Below the pieces are notes generated by a model. It was given only the letters and a program-made list of their open reading frames with translations. It had not been told where the DNA came from and did no database searches. DNA of 64,000 nucleotides from Chrysomallon squamiferum (lineage: Eukaryota; Animalia; Mollusca). Every line of letters begins with the position of its first letter. The stretch's first letter is position 1. The translations under genes were made by a program, and so were the position numbers. The stretch lies in NCBI GenBank assembly GCA_012295275.1, contig CM022665.1, forward strand, positions 38,316,001-38,380,000, written 5' to 3'. Positions 42,101 to 55,598 of this stretch are shown piece after piece.

Positions 42101-45100
42101 TCTTCTTTCAGCATGCAGTACGTCGTTTTGGATCAAGTTCTTTACAGACAGTGGAATTCCAGCAGGAGATGCTGCAAATTATGCTGTGACTTTTATTGAC
42201 AACAGGATTGAGAAAAATATGTTGCTGGATCTCTCCAAGGAGTATTTAAATGACATGGGAATCACTCGGCTTGGGGATGTCATTACTATTTTAAAATATG
42301 CAAAAACTGTGCACATGCAGGTGAATGATAAGTATATTGAATACCAGAATAACAACAAAATGACATTGAAATGTGTTTGGTTAAAAATTTCATGAATATT
42401 TAGAACAAATAATTGATGTTGCTCATGTATATTGAATATCTATATTCTTTCATTTTTTCTTCAGTTTATTGTCATTGTCATCTAATGTGTAATTAAAATG
42501 AAGGGTTGATGGGCTTCTTAAATCTGTTTTGTCTAAATATAGATAGAGCCATCAATTTTTTAAAATTTTGTGTGTGTGTGTGCATTTTTATTTATTTATT
42601 GCTACCTCATAACCCTTTTAAGTGGATTTTATGGATTAATAATTGTTATTTCAGTTGAAGACAGAACTTGTAATACATGTTCAATTTACATTTTCTGTGT
42701 TAATGTTATAATTTAATTTTACAGGAGGCTACGGAAAAAGCTTTAAAAGGGGCATCAGTTACTCCACCCGTTGTGAAATCTACTGGTACTAGTACTGCAA
42801 GACGTTCAACTCGTGTGTATTTGTGTTGTTTTGTTTTGTACTTTTTAAATAAAAATTTGGAAACATATAAATTTTTAAGTGAGAAATTTTAAGTCAAGTT
42901 AAATGTCTTTAGTTTATTGTACTTTTTTATATATATATATATATATTTTTTTTTTAATTTTTAATTTTATGATTAAAATATAATTCCTCTTTAATTCTGT
43001 TATTAAATTCTGTTATTATTTTTCATTTCTAATACGGATGTATTTACACAACAAATAAATACTGTGGTGATCTGACAAAAATTAATATACATAAATTTTT
43101 AAACATTTCAAAACTTCACCTATGACGTGGGAGAGAAAAAATATTAAATATTAGTAATTTTGTACCTATTTGTTATTGTTATATTTAAAATTCTCTCTTA
43201 CAGCTGTGAGTAGAATAGTTGATCATTATTGTAAATTATCCAGTGATCCAGATGCTGTCCCAATGAATTCTCCTTCGCCAAAGCCACTCTCCAAACCTCC
43301 ACCAGATATTACAGGTAATTAATAAACAACAAATATGATTTGAGTAATTACTTTTTGGATATTGTTTTGCTCTTTATCTTTCATATAGCTGGGCCTTGAT
43401 TATTTAGTTTTATTACATGTAAATAATAATAATAAATAAACTATTAATAATTCTTACTGTTTCATTTACTATCACTGTGATGACATCAGTAAAGCATACT
43501 GATATTGGAATTATAATGATAACATCTTATGTATTTTTTCTAGTTAACTATGATAAAATTTTGTTATTCAGATACACCCAAGAAATCATCTGTATTTGAT
43601 CGTCTAGGTACTGAAACTTCAGGTAGTTCAAAAACTGTAACAGTTACAGGTCTTGGCAGTTTGATCCTCAATAGGAGTAGTTCTCCACAGGTAATTCCAA
43701 AGATTTTAAATTTTAATTGTTATTTTTTAATTTAGTTACAAATGTTTATTTGTATGAAGCTTTTGATTAGGAATCTCTGATGATTATGAGTTTGTTTTCA
43801 TCAAGTTTTTTTATAAACAATATTTCCTTCTTTTTTTTTTTTTAAAAAAAAAAAAATCAATATATTATTCAGCCATATACAAGTTTCTTGCCAATATTAT
43901 TTTATGATAAATTAATGATGAATAAGTTAAAAAAAAAAAAAAAGTTTGAATTTTTGTTTAATTTTGTTAAAATGAAGAGTTCAGTTTTCAACCGACTGGG
44001 TGGTAAAAATGCTATAAAGAGGGCAGCATCATCAACATCACCAGACAATGACAATTCTGATGAAGAGGCTGCTGCACTGGAATATGCTGGCATATTCAAA
44101 GACATCAGTGGTCCAAAGAAAGCCAGAGTATCAGGTACAGGAAGCCTAAAGAAACCAGCAACAACTGCAAAACTGTTAGCAGCAAGAAAACTGGTGAAAA
44201 AAACAATAAGTAAGTTTGTCTTTTAATATTAATAATTATAAATCTCATAAGGTTTCCACTTCATTTTTGGACAATGTAGAATAAAAAAAAAAAATTGAAG
44301 TTCAGATCTGCTGAAATGACATTATTTTTATCTTTATTCATATTACATTTTACACATATGCAACAGGTATTTTTGTTAAATTGTCCAAACTGTTGTACAT
44401 TATTCCTGTCCTTTTAAGAAATGTTAATGAGTGTTTACAATAAGTTTGGTAGTCAGTATTTATTAAAGTGTCAGTTTTGTTACTGTTGAAGACATTAACA
44501 GTAGTTAAAAAACCAGATGTTTAAGAACTAATTGTCAACTAATTTACCAAATATTTTGTAAAAAATCATTATGTAAGAATATTAACTGTAATTTTATGTT
44601 ACTTGTGAGATAATGCTCATCATGTTTTTCATTATTATTATTATTCTTATGCCAGCTGTTCAGAAGCCTGAAGTGTCGACTACTTCCCACCCTCTGGGAA
44701 CATTAGCCTCAGACAATCTCTGTGAACAGCCAAGTGTCAAGGATCGTCTGGGAAAGAAAGCAGTAACAGCTGCAGTGTCGAGTACCACACCTACCATCAC
44801 AGTACGGCTTAACACTGAAGGAAGTGATGACTCAACACCTTCACACATAGAAACTAAAATAAGCAGCCTTAGAAATAAAAGTGGTAAGTAGATTTTAATG
44901 TTTTCAAAATGGAAAACAAATGATTAATTATCCTTATACATTGATTTATATGTGTAAACATTAACACACACACACACACACTTGTATGCTCATTGCAAAA
45001 GTACTGAATATTATTATAAATACAAATGGTTTGTTTAAAGTAGATATTGTGTATGTTTGTACGTTCCTCTCTCTAGCAACCATGCACAGTCAACAAGTAA

Positions 45101-45396
45101 CAACAAAAACCATATGCAGTGATTCTCAGATACAAACATGCATAATATCTAATTTAGGCAAATGTTTTATAATTATAATAATATTTAAATACTTTTCAGA
45201 TGTTGCTTTAAATAACAACATTTTAATTAAAAATATATTTTCAGATATAAAATCACGTCTTGGCCCAGCAACAACAGCAACAACCACAACAACAGCAACA
45301 GAAAAGGTTGTGGAATCTTCTAAACTGAACAAAAAAGTGTCTTTAAAAGAATCTGGTGTTTTTGGTAGGCTTGGGAAAAAACTGAATGCATCTTGA
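39185..45396 (+). CDS. C19orf47: C19orf47 orthologue (N-terminal SAM-like domain), 388 aa. Exons 39185-39212, 42112-42320, 42725-42812, 43204-43314, 43572-43690, 43978-44209, 44656-44883, 45245-45396
   Basis: FWIKFFTDSGIPAGDAANYAVTFIDNRIEKNMLLDLSKEYLNDMGITRLGDVITILKYAK matches the C19orf47 N-terminus; SVFDRLG and LEYAGIFK motifs are present. All junctions are GT-AG, phases are consistent, total 1167 nt. The start lies in an AAGATGGCG (YY1-type) context. Confidence 0.9.
40100..41520 (-). pseudogene. Possible decayed transposon or coding remnant in C19orf47 intron 1
   Basis: A ~1.4 kb block of higher GC and complexity than neighbouring introns. The minus strand gives interrupted protein-like text (VLQENEKLKKENNNVKK; YVCHQCMQRMDIL). 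Family not recognised. Confidence 0.3.
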
Positions 45397-48291
45397 TTAA
45401 CTCCATTTTGGAGCTGGCTAATTAATGATGGCTTTTAACCTCCACGAGGTTCCAGGTGGTAGAGACTGTGATATGTTCAGGAGAAAATTGTAAACTGTTC
45501 AGTTGAATTTTATACTGTAACAGTTATTAAATATCTGGTAATAGTTCATAAAAAAAATGAATTGGAATGGAAATGAGGTAGTGATTCAGGTCTATGGATA
45601 ATTTTTGTTTACTTTCTCAACTCACATCTCCCTCCAGTTGGCTTGCTGTTTATTTGTAATTGCTACCCGAGATGTTTTTATTCCTTTTACATACTGATGT
45701 AGAAAATTTGTCATCAACAAGTATGGGAAAAGTTTTTGAGTGTAAAGTTTGAGAATTCATTGAAGTTGAATGCAATAATTTTGAATTAAAATTATAAAAT
45801 AATTAAACATTTGGATAGTTAACAGCGTACTTTTCTTGTTGATAGTTACAATAGTTTCTGAACACGTTCTGGACTTTTGAATATGTTACGCATTGAAGAA
45901 AAAAAATCAGTTAATCAGTTAAGCATTAATATATTGGTGTGATAGGCTAATGATGATGTTCTGGTATTTGATGTTGTAAAATATATTGGTTTTAATATTT
46001 AGAAACAATGTGGACACTTAGAAAATAAAATTTTATTTATTTCCCTTTAAAAAGAACAACAACAACTTAGATCAGCTAGAAACAAATATTTCATGTAGGT
46101 GATTTAGAAATGTGCTTTATTTTATTACAGAATAACTTAATTAACTTGTCAGAATCTTGTCCTTACAACAATTAATTTAAAACAAAAAGAAGGAAGAAAT
46201 GTAATTTGATATTGCATTGTCTCCCTTCAGTTACTATATTTAATGAATTTGAAAATTCATTTTTATTTCTTTACATTTTAAATTTTTAACAGAATTTTCA
46301 TGTTTATTGAAATACTGAAAAATTTATTTCTTTCAGTGTTGTTCTGGAAACAAAATTTACTTTAATGTAAAAATCATAGTGCTGTTTACAATTGTTCTAA
46401 CATTAAAAATATTGTTCAGTCTGGGTTTTTAAAAAAATATTCTACTTCACTTTACACTTGTTAAATTTTAGAGTTACAGGGGAATTAATTGCTTTACTTT
46501 GGGTTTTAGTATTAAATAAAGAACTTGTTTTACCAAATTTTAATGTGCTTTTAGATTTAAACACTAGCGGCAATCTCTGTTTATTGAATTCAGATCTTAC
46601 TGTATTGATTGTTTATTTTTCACTGTGAAATAAAAAGAAGAAAAAAAAAAAGCGTTAGTTAATTTTTTGTAATGTAATGTAGATAAAGGATCAGCAAAGT
46701 TCATGTTTAGAAAAATGTACACGCATGCACACATCTAAAATCAGGAAAAATAGAATACAACTTTATTCTAACAAAGAGTATAGAGGACCATTTCCCATTC
46801 TAACAGATTAATGATCATTTGTGATGGTGTACAGGAAAGTAATGGATACTGAACACACTGGACGAATTTATTTAGCTATAATGATGAGTAAAAAGATGTA
46901 CAAAACGATGACAAAAAAAAAAAAATTTGTTTTTAAATTAAAAATTCATTTGTCTTATTCAGTTTTGGAGAAGAGCTATATTTATTCGTTAAATAATCAA
47001 CCACTCCAAATGCGGAAAATGAGCATAAAAATTGAGAAACATTTTAATAGCTGTAACCAAACATCAATCAATTTTCCTAGCTAAAAATAACTAGAAAGAC
47101 TCACGGAAATAAAATAAACTATATAATAAACATGTTTTTTTTCAGATTTGATGCTGGATTTCCAATATAATATGGGTATATAAAGTAAGACATGCATATT
47201 ATCGCATAATATTTCAGAATTAGGTAAACGTTAAAGTGCAAAATAATAAAATAGAAAATCTCAAAATGGATATTTTTTGCGTTAATGAAAATATTACTTC
47301 TTAGTATCAAAGCAAGCTTTGTGACTTAATTCATGACACGTTTTATAAAACAATCACTGCATGCTTTTCTGTCAGTTGTGAGTTGCATTTACTACTACTA
47401 CTACTGCTAAACTTAACATATTTTTTCCGGTTAATGATTGAGAATCACTAGCATAAACTTGATTTTTTTTCTCTTAAATGCTCACAACAGTTTTTGGACC
47501 ATAACCTGTATTCAGTGAACAATAGAAAACCTTGTGATAAAATTAGCGTATATGTAATACCACGTATATTTATTATACTATTGTATCCTTGAGACGTTAT
47601 TAACCACAAATTCTATCGTACTTGAATAAGAGTCTTTTGAAGACGTGAATATTATTAAGCTGCTACTTGAAACAGAGCTACTCAAGCAAACGTAAAATGA
47701 TTTGTACCATTGTTTTGCAGTTGTGCAAATCGATGGTTACATCATCGTTGGTAACGAAATCAAGATCCTGCCAAGAAGTCTAGTAAGCAACCAGACTGCA
47801 ACACGGCGACCACTGATTAAGTAAATTGTATTTCGTTGATAATGGATAAATTATTGTAAATCGACCGTTAGGTAAGCTCGGAATACAGTTTTTTTAGTAT
47901 ATCAGAAGATTCCATACGACCCGTTAAGGTAATTTTTGGCTTCTTTTACTCTGGATTGTAGTTGTAGTTAACAGAAATCAAAATTACTAAGTAAAATAAA
48001 TTGTCCAAAACCAAAAGGAAAGAGTGCATCTGAACGCGGTAGTCAGTCTGTGTTTTTCAAATTTGATATTGTACTGTTGCTTTTTATTTATTTATGCACA
48101 TTTATTTGTTTTATGCATATTTATTAGACAGATAAAGAAATACCGTGCATAATAAATCGGTGCTAATATATTTCGTTTCTATCTCTTTGTGAATGTGAAA
48201 CTCATATTGAATTTTCCTTATGAATCAACAATAAATTGTAATTAAATATGTAATTATATTTCGTTTAAGATCAGTTATGTAAAAAATACAA

Positions 48292-49398
48292 ATGGCTGCA
48301 AGACATATTTCAACACGAGGGCGGATGAGGTCCGACGACGAATTGAAAATTCAACGCCACATCATCTTCATTGAAGATGAAGTGGAAGCAACTGATTTAA
48401 CCGGAAGTCTCTATTCTGCCCAAGTAATTGATGGAAACGACAAGGACGACATTCATGCAGGCAGGACAAGACTGGAGAGAGTTCGACGTATGATTGATAT
48501 TCTTCTACTTCGAGGACACTGTGCATTTTCAGAACTAATTATTTCGCTGGAAATTGCTGGCTACCAGCATGTGGCTAATCAGTTGAACGAAGTAGAAGAT
48601 GAAGTCTTTCGAGAAAATTCTTCCAAAAATCCTAAAAGTGTTTCTTATTCAGAAGATCGACTCGATAAAATAGAAAATGCTTGGGGAATTCTAAGCCGCA
48701 GAGTGACACGAATTGAGGGAAAGATCGATGTTAATGCAGATATACCAGAAAGTGAGTTAACTATGATCAAAGATGAACTAGAAGATGTGAAATCCGACTG
48801 CATGCAACAAATAACCGAGCTGATAATGGCAAACAACCAAAAGGAAAAAAAAATCGAGGATCTTTCGATTGAAATTGAAAATAAATCGCAGAAGTTAATG
48901 AAAGCGCAAAAGAAGATAGAGATTTTGGAAAAAAGAATAATATCCCTGGAACACGAGAACGATCGTTCACGCGATGAAATACACACGCTTCACAAAAAGA
49001 TCGACGATTTCAACGGTTGTGTCATGGTTCAGGACATCCGACTGAACGAGCAAGAGCACCAGCTTTTTTCACAGGTTCGAAAACTTGACTTCCAGGATAA
49101 GAAGATGAAGGAACAAGAACGAGCGTTGCATGATCTGAGAAAGAAGGACGAGGAGACGCAGCTGCAGTTGGAATACCAGAATATCAAAGCCGAAGAACAA
49201 ACCTCCATCGTGAAAGACTTGTTGCACAGAGTAAATAAACTGACAGATAACACTAATGATTCTTTTGATGGCTCAACCAATGGACAGTTCTGTCTCAGTG
49301 GAAACGCTCTGAGAAACTCGAATGTGAGATCTCAAGTTAAAAACAGAAACAGAACAATTGTACCTCGAAACCGATTTGAGAAACTGCCAAAATTTTAG
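48292..49398 (+). CDS. CARD (death-fold) domain + long coiled-coil protein, 368 aa, single coding exon
   Basis: Uninterrupted ATG-TAG ORF. Residues ~15-100 (LTGSLYSAQVIDGNDKDDIHAGRTRLERVRRMIDILLLRGHCAFSELIISLEIAGYQHVANQL) follow the CARD pattern. Residues ~120-320 are E/K/Q/L-rich heptads. Confidence 0.85.
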   Translation: MAARHISTRGRMRSDDELKIQRHIIFIEDEVEATDLTGSLYSAQVIDGNDKDDIHAGRTRLERVRRMIDILLLRGHCAFSELIISLEIAGYQHVANQLNEVEDEVFRENSSKNPKSVSYSEDRLDKIENAWGILSRRVTRIEGKIDVNADIPESELTMIKDELEDVKSDCMQQITELIMANNQKEKKIEDLSIEIENKSQKLMKAQKKIEILEKRIISLEHENDRSRDEIHTLHKKIDDFNGCVMVQDIRLNEQEHQLFSQVRKLDFQDKKMKEQERALHDLRKKDEETQLQLEYQNIKAEEQTSIVKDLLHRVNKLTDNTNDSFDGSTNGQFCLSGNALRNSNVRSQVKNRNRTIVPRNRFEKLPKF

Positions 49399-49421
49399 AC
49401 ATAGAAAGATTAAGGGATATA

Positions 49422-49422
<1 letters not shown>

Positions 49423-49496
<74 letters not shown>
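49423..49496. repeat. (CA)n(GA)n compound microsatellite just after the CARD gene stop
   Basis: Directly visible; comparable tracts at ~8427-8494 ((TG)n(AG)n) and ~51438-51506 ((CT)n). Confidence 0.9.
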
Positions 49497-49872
49497 TACT
49501 TATGTGATACGTTAAAATAAGTTTTCAAAGAAATAGTTTTAAAATGTCATTGGAACAAGTATTATTTTCATAACTAAAGATTTATTTAGTATAGAAGCAT
49601 TCGTTCTAAGTGTCATAAATACTAAAAAGAATCTGTTATTAATTTTGTTCTCCATCCCTTAAGGAATATAAAAAGATACCTAATTTATTTTTGTTGAATG
49701 AAATATTATATTATTAATAATTTATTATTATTAATTAATTAATTAATTAATTAATTATCTTTTACTTTAATGGAATAATGACCAAAGAACATGAAACAAA
49801 AATGTTAAATAAATATCTTATATAAAAGGCATTTTCATTAATCCTTTCATTTAGAATATACGTTGGCCATTA

Positions 49873-49935
<63 letters not shown>

Positions 49936-50577
49936 AAGAAGAAAAGGAAAGAAAGAAAGAAAGAAAAGATCAAAATATAATATATGTTTCCGAATACAGA
50001 TCTCTAAAATATTAATACATGTATTTCCTGTATATTATATCTACAGAATATAGTGTATTGTTTAATTTTGTGTAAAATGAATTGTCGAAGTGTTAATGTT
50101 ATTTTCTACATTAAGACAGTAATATCTGATGCGGAGTTTAATTCGTAAATTAATGTGAATAATTAATCAGACTACATGTTATTCGAAAATGTAATTAAAA
50201 ACGTTAAAGCTTTAAGTTGTCTTCAGTCATTTGGATTACATATAGATCCTTTCGGCTTTGCCGTAAACAAGTTTCCAAAGTATTTTTGTTGTTTACTGTA
50301 CCTTTTACATGCAGTGTCATTAGAAAGTATGATGTCATAGACGTATGACGTATGATCATACTAACGTGTTCATAATCAAACTTGTGGATGATATAGTATT
50401 TCGTTTATCATAACAGTAAACAAAACTCTTACTAATTCTGCTGCTGCTTCTACTACCACGACTTAATATAGTGACAGTAACTTCCTATGCAGAAGTAATT
50501 GGTTACTGATGGTGATAAAGCACTGAATTTATTTGGGCTAGACAATTAACTGGGCAACAAATAATAAACAGCATCGG

Positions 50578-51434
50578 ATGTACAGATCGAAATTTGAAGG
50601 TATGTATTTTTCTATTGCCTTCTTTTTAATACAGCACTTTCAAGGTGAAAAACAGAATATTTTTTTCAGAACTATAAATGTTTAGAAACATCAAATCATT
50701 CTGATATCCCCAGCAATCAATCTTGTAAACTGACTAAATCTAAAATGTCTCATAGCCACAAGGATATTTCGATATCATTTAAACATGTTAATTTTTCGCA
50801 GTGTTTCCACTGAAGCTTATTAATGACATATTCCTGACACGTTCAACTAGACCCAATCGCAATCATGATGATAAAACATATATTTTACTACAATGAAAGA
50901 CCTTTCTGTTCGGCGTTAAGAAGAATGTGAAGAACACACGCATCAGCAAACCCAAATAAATCGTGTAGCATAAATTTAGATACTACTTATGATCTAAGTG
51001 GTTAGAATTACGTTTATGGCTGGATGAACTCACCAGTACATTCAACTTTCATACTTGATGTCATAAATGGGTCAGGGCAATATGAATGTAGCCCAAAATA
51101 CTGTCAGCGATGGAACAGCGTTAACAGAACGCTGCAGCATAGTTACATAGTCGTTGTGTAGTTACTGCAGAAAACGATTAATCAGTAAACGCATTCTATT
51201 TATGAACACTGATTAATTTTAAAACTATATATGATTTAGTCCATATTCTGTATTGTGCTATAACACACAAATACCACGTTTAGATAATAGTGATTTTCAA
51301 GGAATACTTCTTCTATTAACCACATTTTCACAAAATTAATATTGGGATATGTCGGAAGCACAGAGATGAACGGAAATGAGAGAAAAATACAAACGTAAGT
51401 CTTTACTAGATAATCCATACTTTTCCTCACATTG

Positions 51435-51509
<75 letters not shown>

Positions 51510-54182
51510 TACATACGCGCTTGTGCATGTGTATGTCAAATGAACAACATGTAGTCAGCTGCGATTTCACGATGAAACTTGAGCTTTGTAATGTAGTCAT
51601 AGTAATACAAAACAAAATTAGAATCGGTGTAAAACTACACCTTTACATTTTTCATTTTATTTTATTTATTTATTTATTTATTTTATTTTATTTTTTTAAA
51701 TTATATTAATCAATAATACGTATCAATCATACAGCTTTGCAATGGCAGTAATTATGAGAGAGTTCACAGGATACAGTTACTAATTAACAGCCATGTATCT
51801 TTAGTTGTTACTTTCTCAAGCACGTATCAATGACACTGATTAAGCCTATAATCGGTGTTAATCGAGCTTGAAGCGGAAAGAAGCGAGACATCACTGAGTA
51901 GTTAAGACTTTTCCCAGTCAATCGGCTTAATGCAAAAAAACAAACTAACATACACGCTACACATATATTCAACAGTTAAAATGTATGTGCGATTCCGTGC
52001 AAAATCAATTTAGAAATAATAACGTGTTGTCTCCTAACTGACTAATAAAACATAAATCACGAAACAAACTAATTTATTTATTTCCATTTTAAACTCTGTA
52101 AAGCGATATCAAATATTTAAGATATAAAAAAGCAAAACTGTAAGAAAAGGTAGTGTAGTACGTTTGTACTTGAGCCTATATACTTTCTTGCTAAACTGTC
52201 ACCCGCACTGAAGGGTGTCTAGATTGCTGCGAAGACCCGCTATACAACGACGACGGTTTTTGTGTGATCTCCATTTTTAACCACCGAACTGTGTAATGTA
52301 TTAAGTATATTCGTGTTTGAAAAAGTGAAAAAATGTGCACAGACAATATAATTTTTATGTGAAGAAAAAAAAAGACTAGAGAGAGATAAAGAGGCAGACA
52401 GAGAGCTACAACTTAAAATGGGTTTGTATATATACGTACATAATACTAAGTCTCTGTGTGTGTGTGTATATGGTATAGCGAGAGAGCAGCTTTAGAGAGA
52501 GAGAAAGAAAGAAAGAGAGAGAGAGAAAGAATGTGTTTTAATATTTTATTTTAATATTTCAAATCGTTTTACAGTAACCAGTATTTCGTAGTCCATATTT
52601 AAAACAATTTTCCTCTTGTTTTTCTCTTTTAATTTTCGTTGGATAAATTATATTCTGTACTTAGTTATTGCAGATATTTTCATTGGTCTAAAACCTATAC
52701 ATTTTTCAGTTAAAAAATAAGCAGTTCAACTGTTCAAAGGTTTACGTGTACAGTACTGGTGACTCATTTGTTACTTGCAGATTAAAAAAAAATAATGTTC
52801 ACACTTTGATTATTGTGTTTCTTAATTCAACCAAATTTAACCGTTTACAACGAGCACAAAATAAAAATGTAAAACTTCAAAAACGTTGGGATTCCTGTGG
52901 ATTTTTGTTTTGTAGGTTTTGATTCACCTTTTCAGTTACAGCTACTTAATTCATAGTTTCTTTAGATTAAATAATAAAATACATTTCAAGTGGGGGTGGG
53001 GGGCAGAGCTCAGTCGTCGTTGTACAATGTCTACTTCAAAAACGGTTCAGAGCTGGTTTATTAAAAGCGTTGATAAAAAAAAATGTTCGTACATACGTAA
53101 ACGTGCATGTTCCCTCTGCTAAAATACCGCACGCTGTGCTAATCACCCATAGCATGAAACATCACGATAACTGATCTTTGTATCTCATTATATCGTCATA
53201 GTACGAAATCGATATAAAAAGACACCAGATAACTATAAGCAGCAAAAAAATGTTTCTTAAAATAATTTCGTTTATTTATTCCAAATCATTGTTTATAAAC
53301 TATTTTCTTAATAATTAAGAATTTATAATTATTCGTATTTTGCGTTTCAGTGTTTTTAATCAGAGTTATTGTCCGTCACTGTATTTTTGTCTTACAACTG
53401 AAACTTCTTTTTGTGTTTAATAATGAAACGCTTACTGATAATTATTTTCAACAGTTCTCAGACACTGTGGATGTTATTTCCATACTCACGTTCGTCACCG
53501 CTTCCTACCAACGTTATCACCGAGCAGACACAACCACCATGTTTCGATCACACCGTCAGACGTCCTCATCGACGAAAAGGTGAAAATAACGTCATCAGGC
53601 TTCCGCCCACAGGAAAAAGTGACGGTGTATGCTTATTTAAACGAAAAACAATCACAGTTTTCAGCATGTGGACACTACATCTGCGACGACAACGGCTCCA
53701 TAGACGTCTCCATTCAGCCATCTGTCGGCGGGTCATACAAAGGTGATAATTTAATCCAATTTTAGCAAAACTTCTATAGCGTCTGGATTGTTGAATTAAT
53801 GCGTTTTTGTTTCTTAATTTAGATATATTAAGTTGTTAAACGAAACACATTAAGAGTAAAGATACTGTCTTTCAGTTATTATCACTCTGTACTGAATAAT
53901 GTTTATTAATAAAAAACTAAAATAATAAAATTAAATAAAATTAAAAAAAGCTGATGAATGCCAAAACGTTTTGGATCTGTCTTTGGAGAGAGAGAGAAAA
54001 AGTAATAGAATAAGAAAAGAAAGGAAGTAACAAGACATGGAACAACACGTAAACAGTACTAGTACCAGCAGCAGTAGTATCAGCAGTAGTATCAGCAGTA
54101 GCATCAGCAGTAGCTGTAGTGGTAGTATTAAAACAACAAACAATAATTTACAGATAAAAAGAAGAAAACGGGAACTCTCCTC

Positions 54183-54223
<41 letters not shown>

Positions 54224-54250
54224 AAAAATATTAATAAAAAACCCCAATAC

Positions 54251-54287
<37 letters not shown>

Positions 54288-54678
54288 AAAAAAACCAAAA
54301 ACAAAAAACAGAAAAAAAACAAAGTAAAAAATAAATTTACTCTGCGTATTTAAAACAGGTGTTGCGCCGATGGGTCTGTTCTGGGCTATGAGAGCAAGTC
54401 CGTACCTTCCAGACAACACGTTTACCAATGACATCACAAAACCATCCAGCTTTCGTGTTTCTGTTATCATCGGGCATCACAGTTTAAGACGACTGCAGCT
54501 GGACGACGAAATACTGACCCACGTGGCCTCCGCCAACGTCAACCGTCGCTGGATGACCAGTGACGTCAAGCGTACTTCACTAGTCTTTGATAAGATCAAA
54601 GGATCATTATTTCTTCCTGCAGGTATGATCTGATACTTCTTACTTTGATCTAATAATAATAATAATAATAATAATAAC

Positions 54679-54722
<44 letters not shown>

Positions 54723-55544
54723 TAACTTGAATAAACATAAAAAGAAAAATAACTAAAACAACGACAAAACAAATTAAATATATATATATACACAAAAAAC
54801 AACAAACAAATACAATAAAAAATAAATTTACAAAAACAAAAATATTAAAATAAAAATAGAATAGAATAGAATATAATTAATGAAAAAAAAAATACAATAC
54901 AATACAATACAATAAAATAAAATAAAATTAAATAAATAAAAAGATAATGGAATTATAAAAACAACAACAACGAAAAACAAGCAAACAAATAAAACAAAAC
55001 AACAAAACAAAACAAACAAAACAAACCAACAACAAAAATAACAAAATAAATGATAAAATAATAAAAAGAAATCCAGTCAAGAACGAAACAACCCCAAAAG
55101 AAATATCAAAAGTAACTGCTTGAAAATATTCTCTCTTTCAGTTTTTATCACTCTGTACTGAATACTATTTACAGGTCCAGGTCCGTTCCATGGAATTCTG
55201 GACTTGTCGGATTGTTCTGGACATTTCACGGAAACTAGATCTGCACTTCTGGCGTCCAAAGGATACGCAACTTTATCTTTGGCTTACTGGGGTCACCAGG
55301 AGGAAAGAACATCTTCTATGAAACCAGATTTCGCTTATTTTATGGTTAGAATATATAGACAGATAGATAGATAGATAAATAGAGAGGTAACAAAATAAAC
55401 AAAATAACAATTACAAACCAACAAAGAAAACAGGCATATAGTAAAAATTGATAATACTGTACGTTTAAAGTTGTTTTTAATTTTTTTAATTATTTTTTTT
55501 ATAAAGATTAGGAAATCTCGTTAGTTTTGCGCAAGTAATCTTCA

Positions 55545-55598
<54 letters not shown>

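Noticed and set aside
43470-43560. Intronic C/D-box snoRNA (TGATGA...CTGA)
   Set aside because: Boxes only ~15 nt apart, with no terminal D box or stem.
53350-53746. ORF-track starts at 53350, 53411 and 53580 as the ACOT start
   Set aside because: The first two are off-frame and the third is an internal GTG. The conserved frame is open back to the acceptor at 53454 and needs an upstream phase-1 exon.
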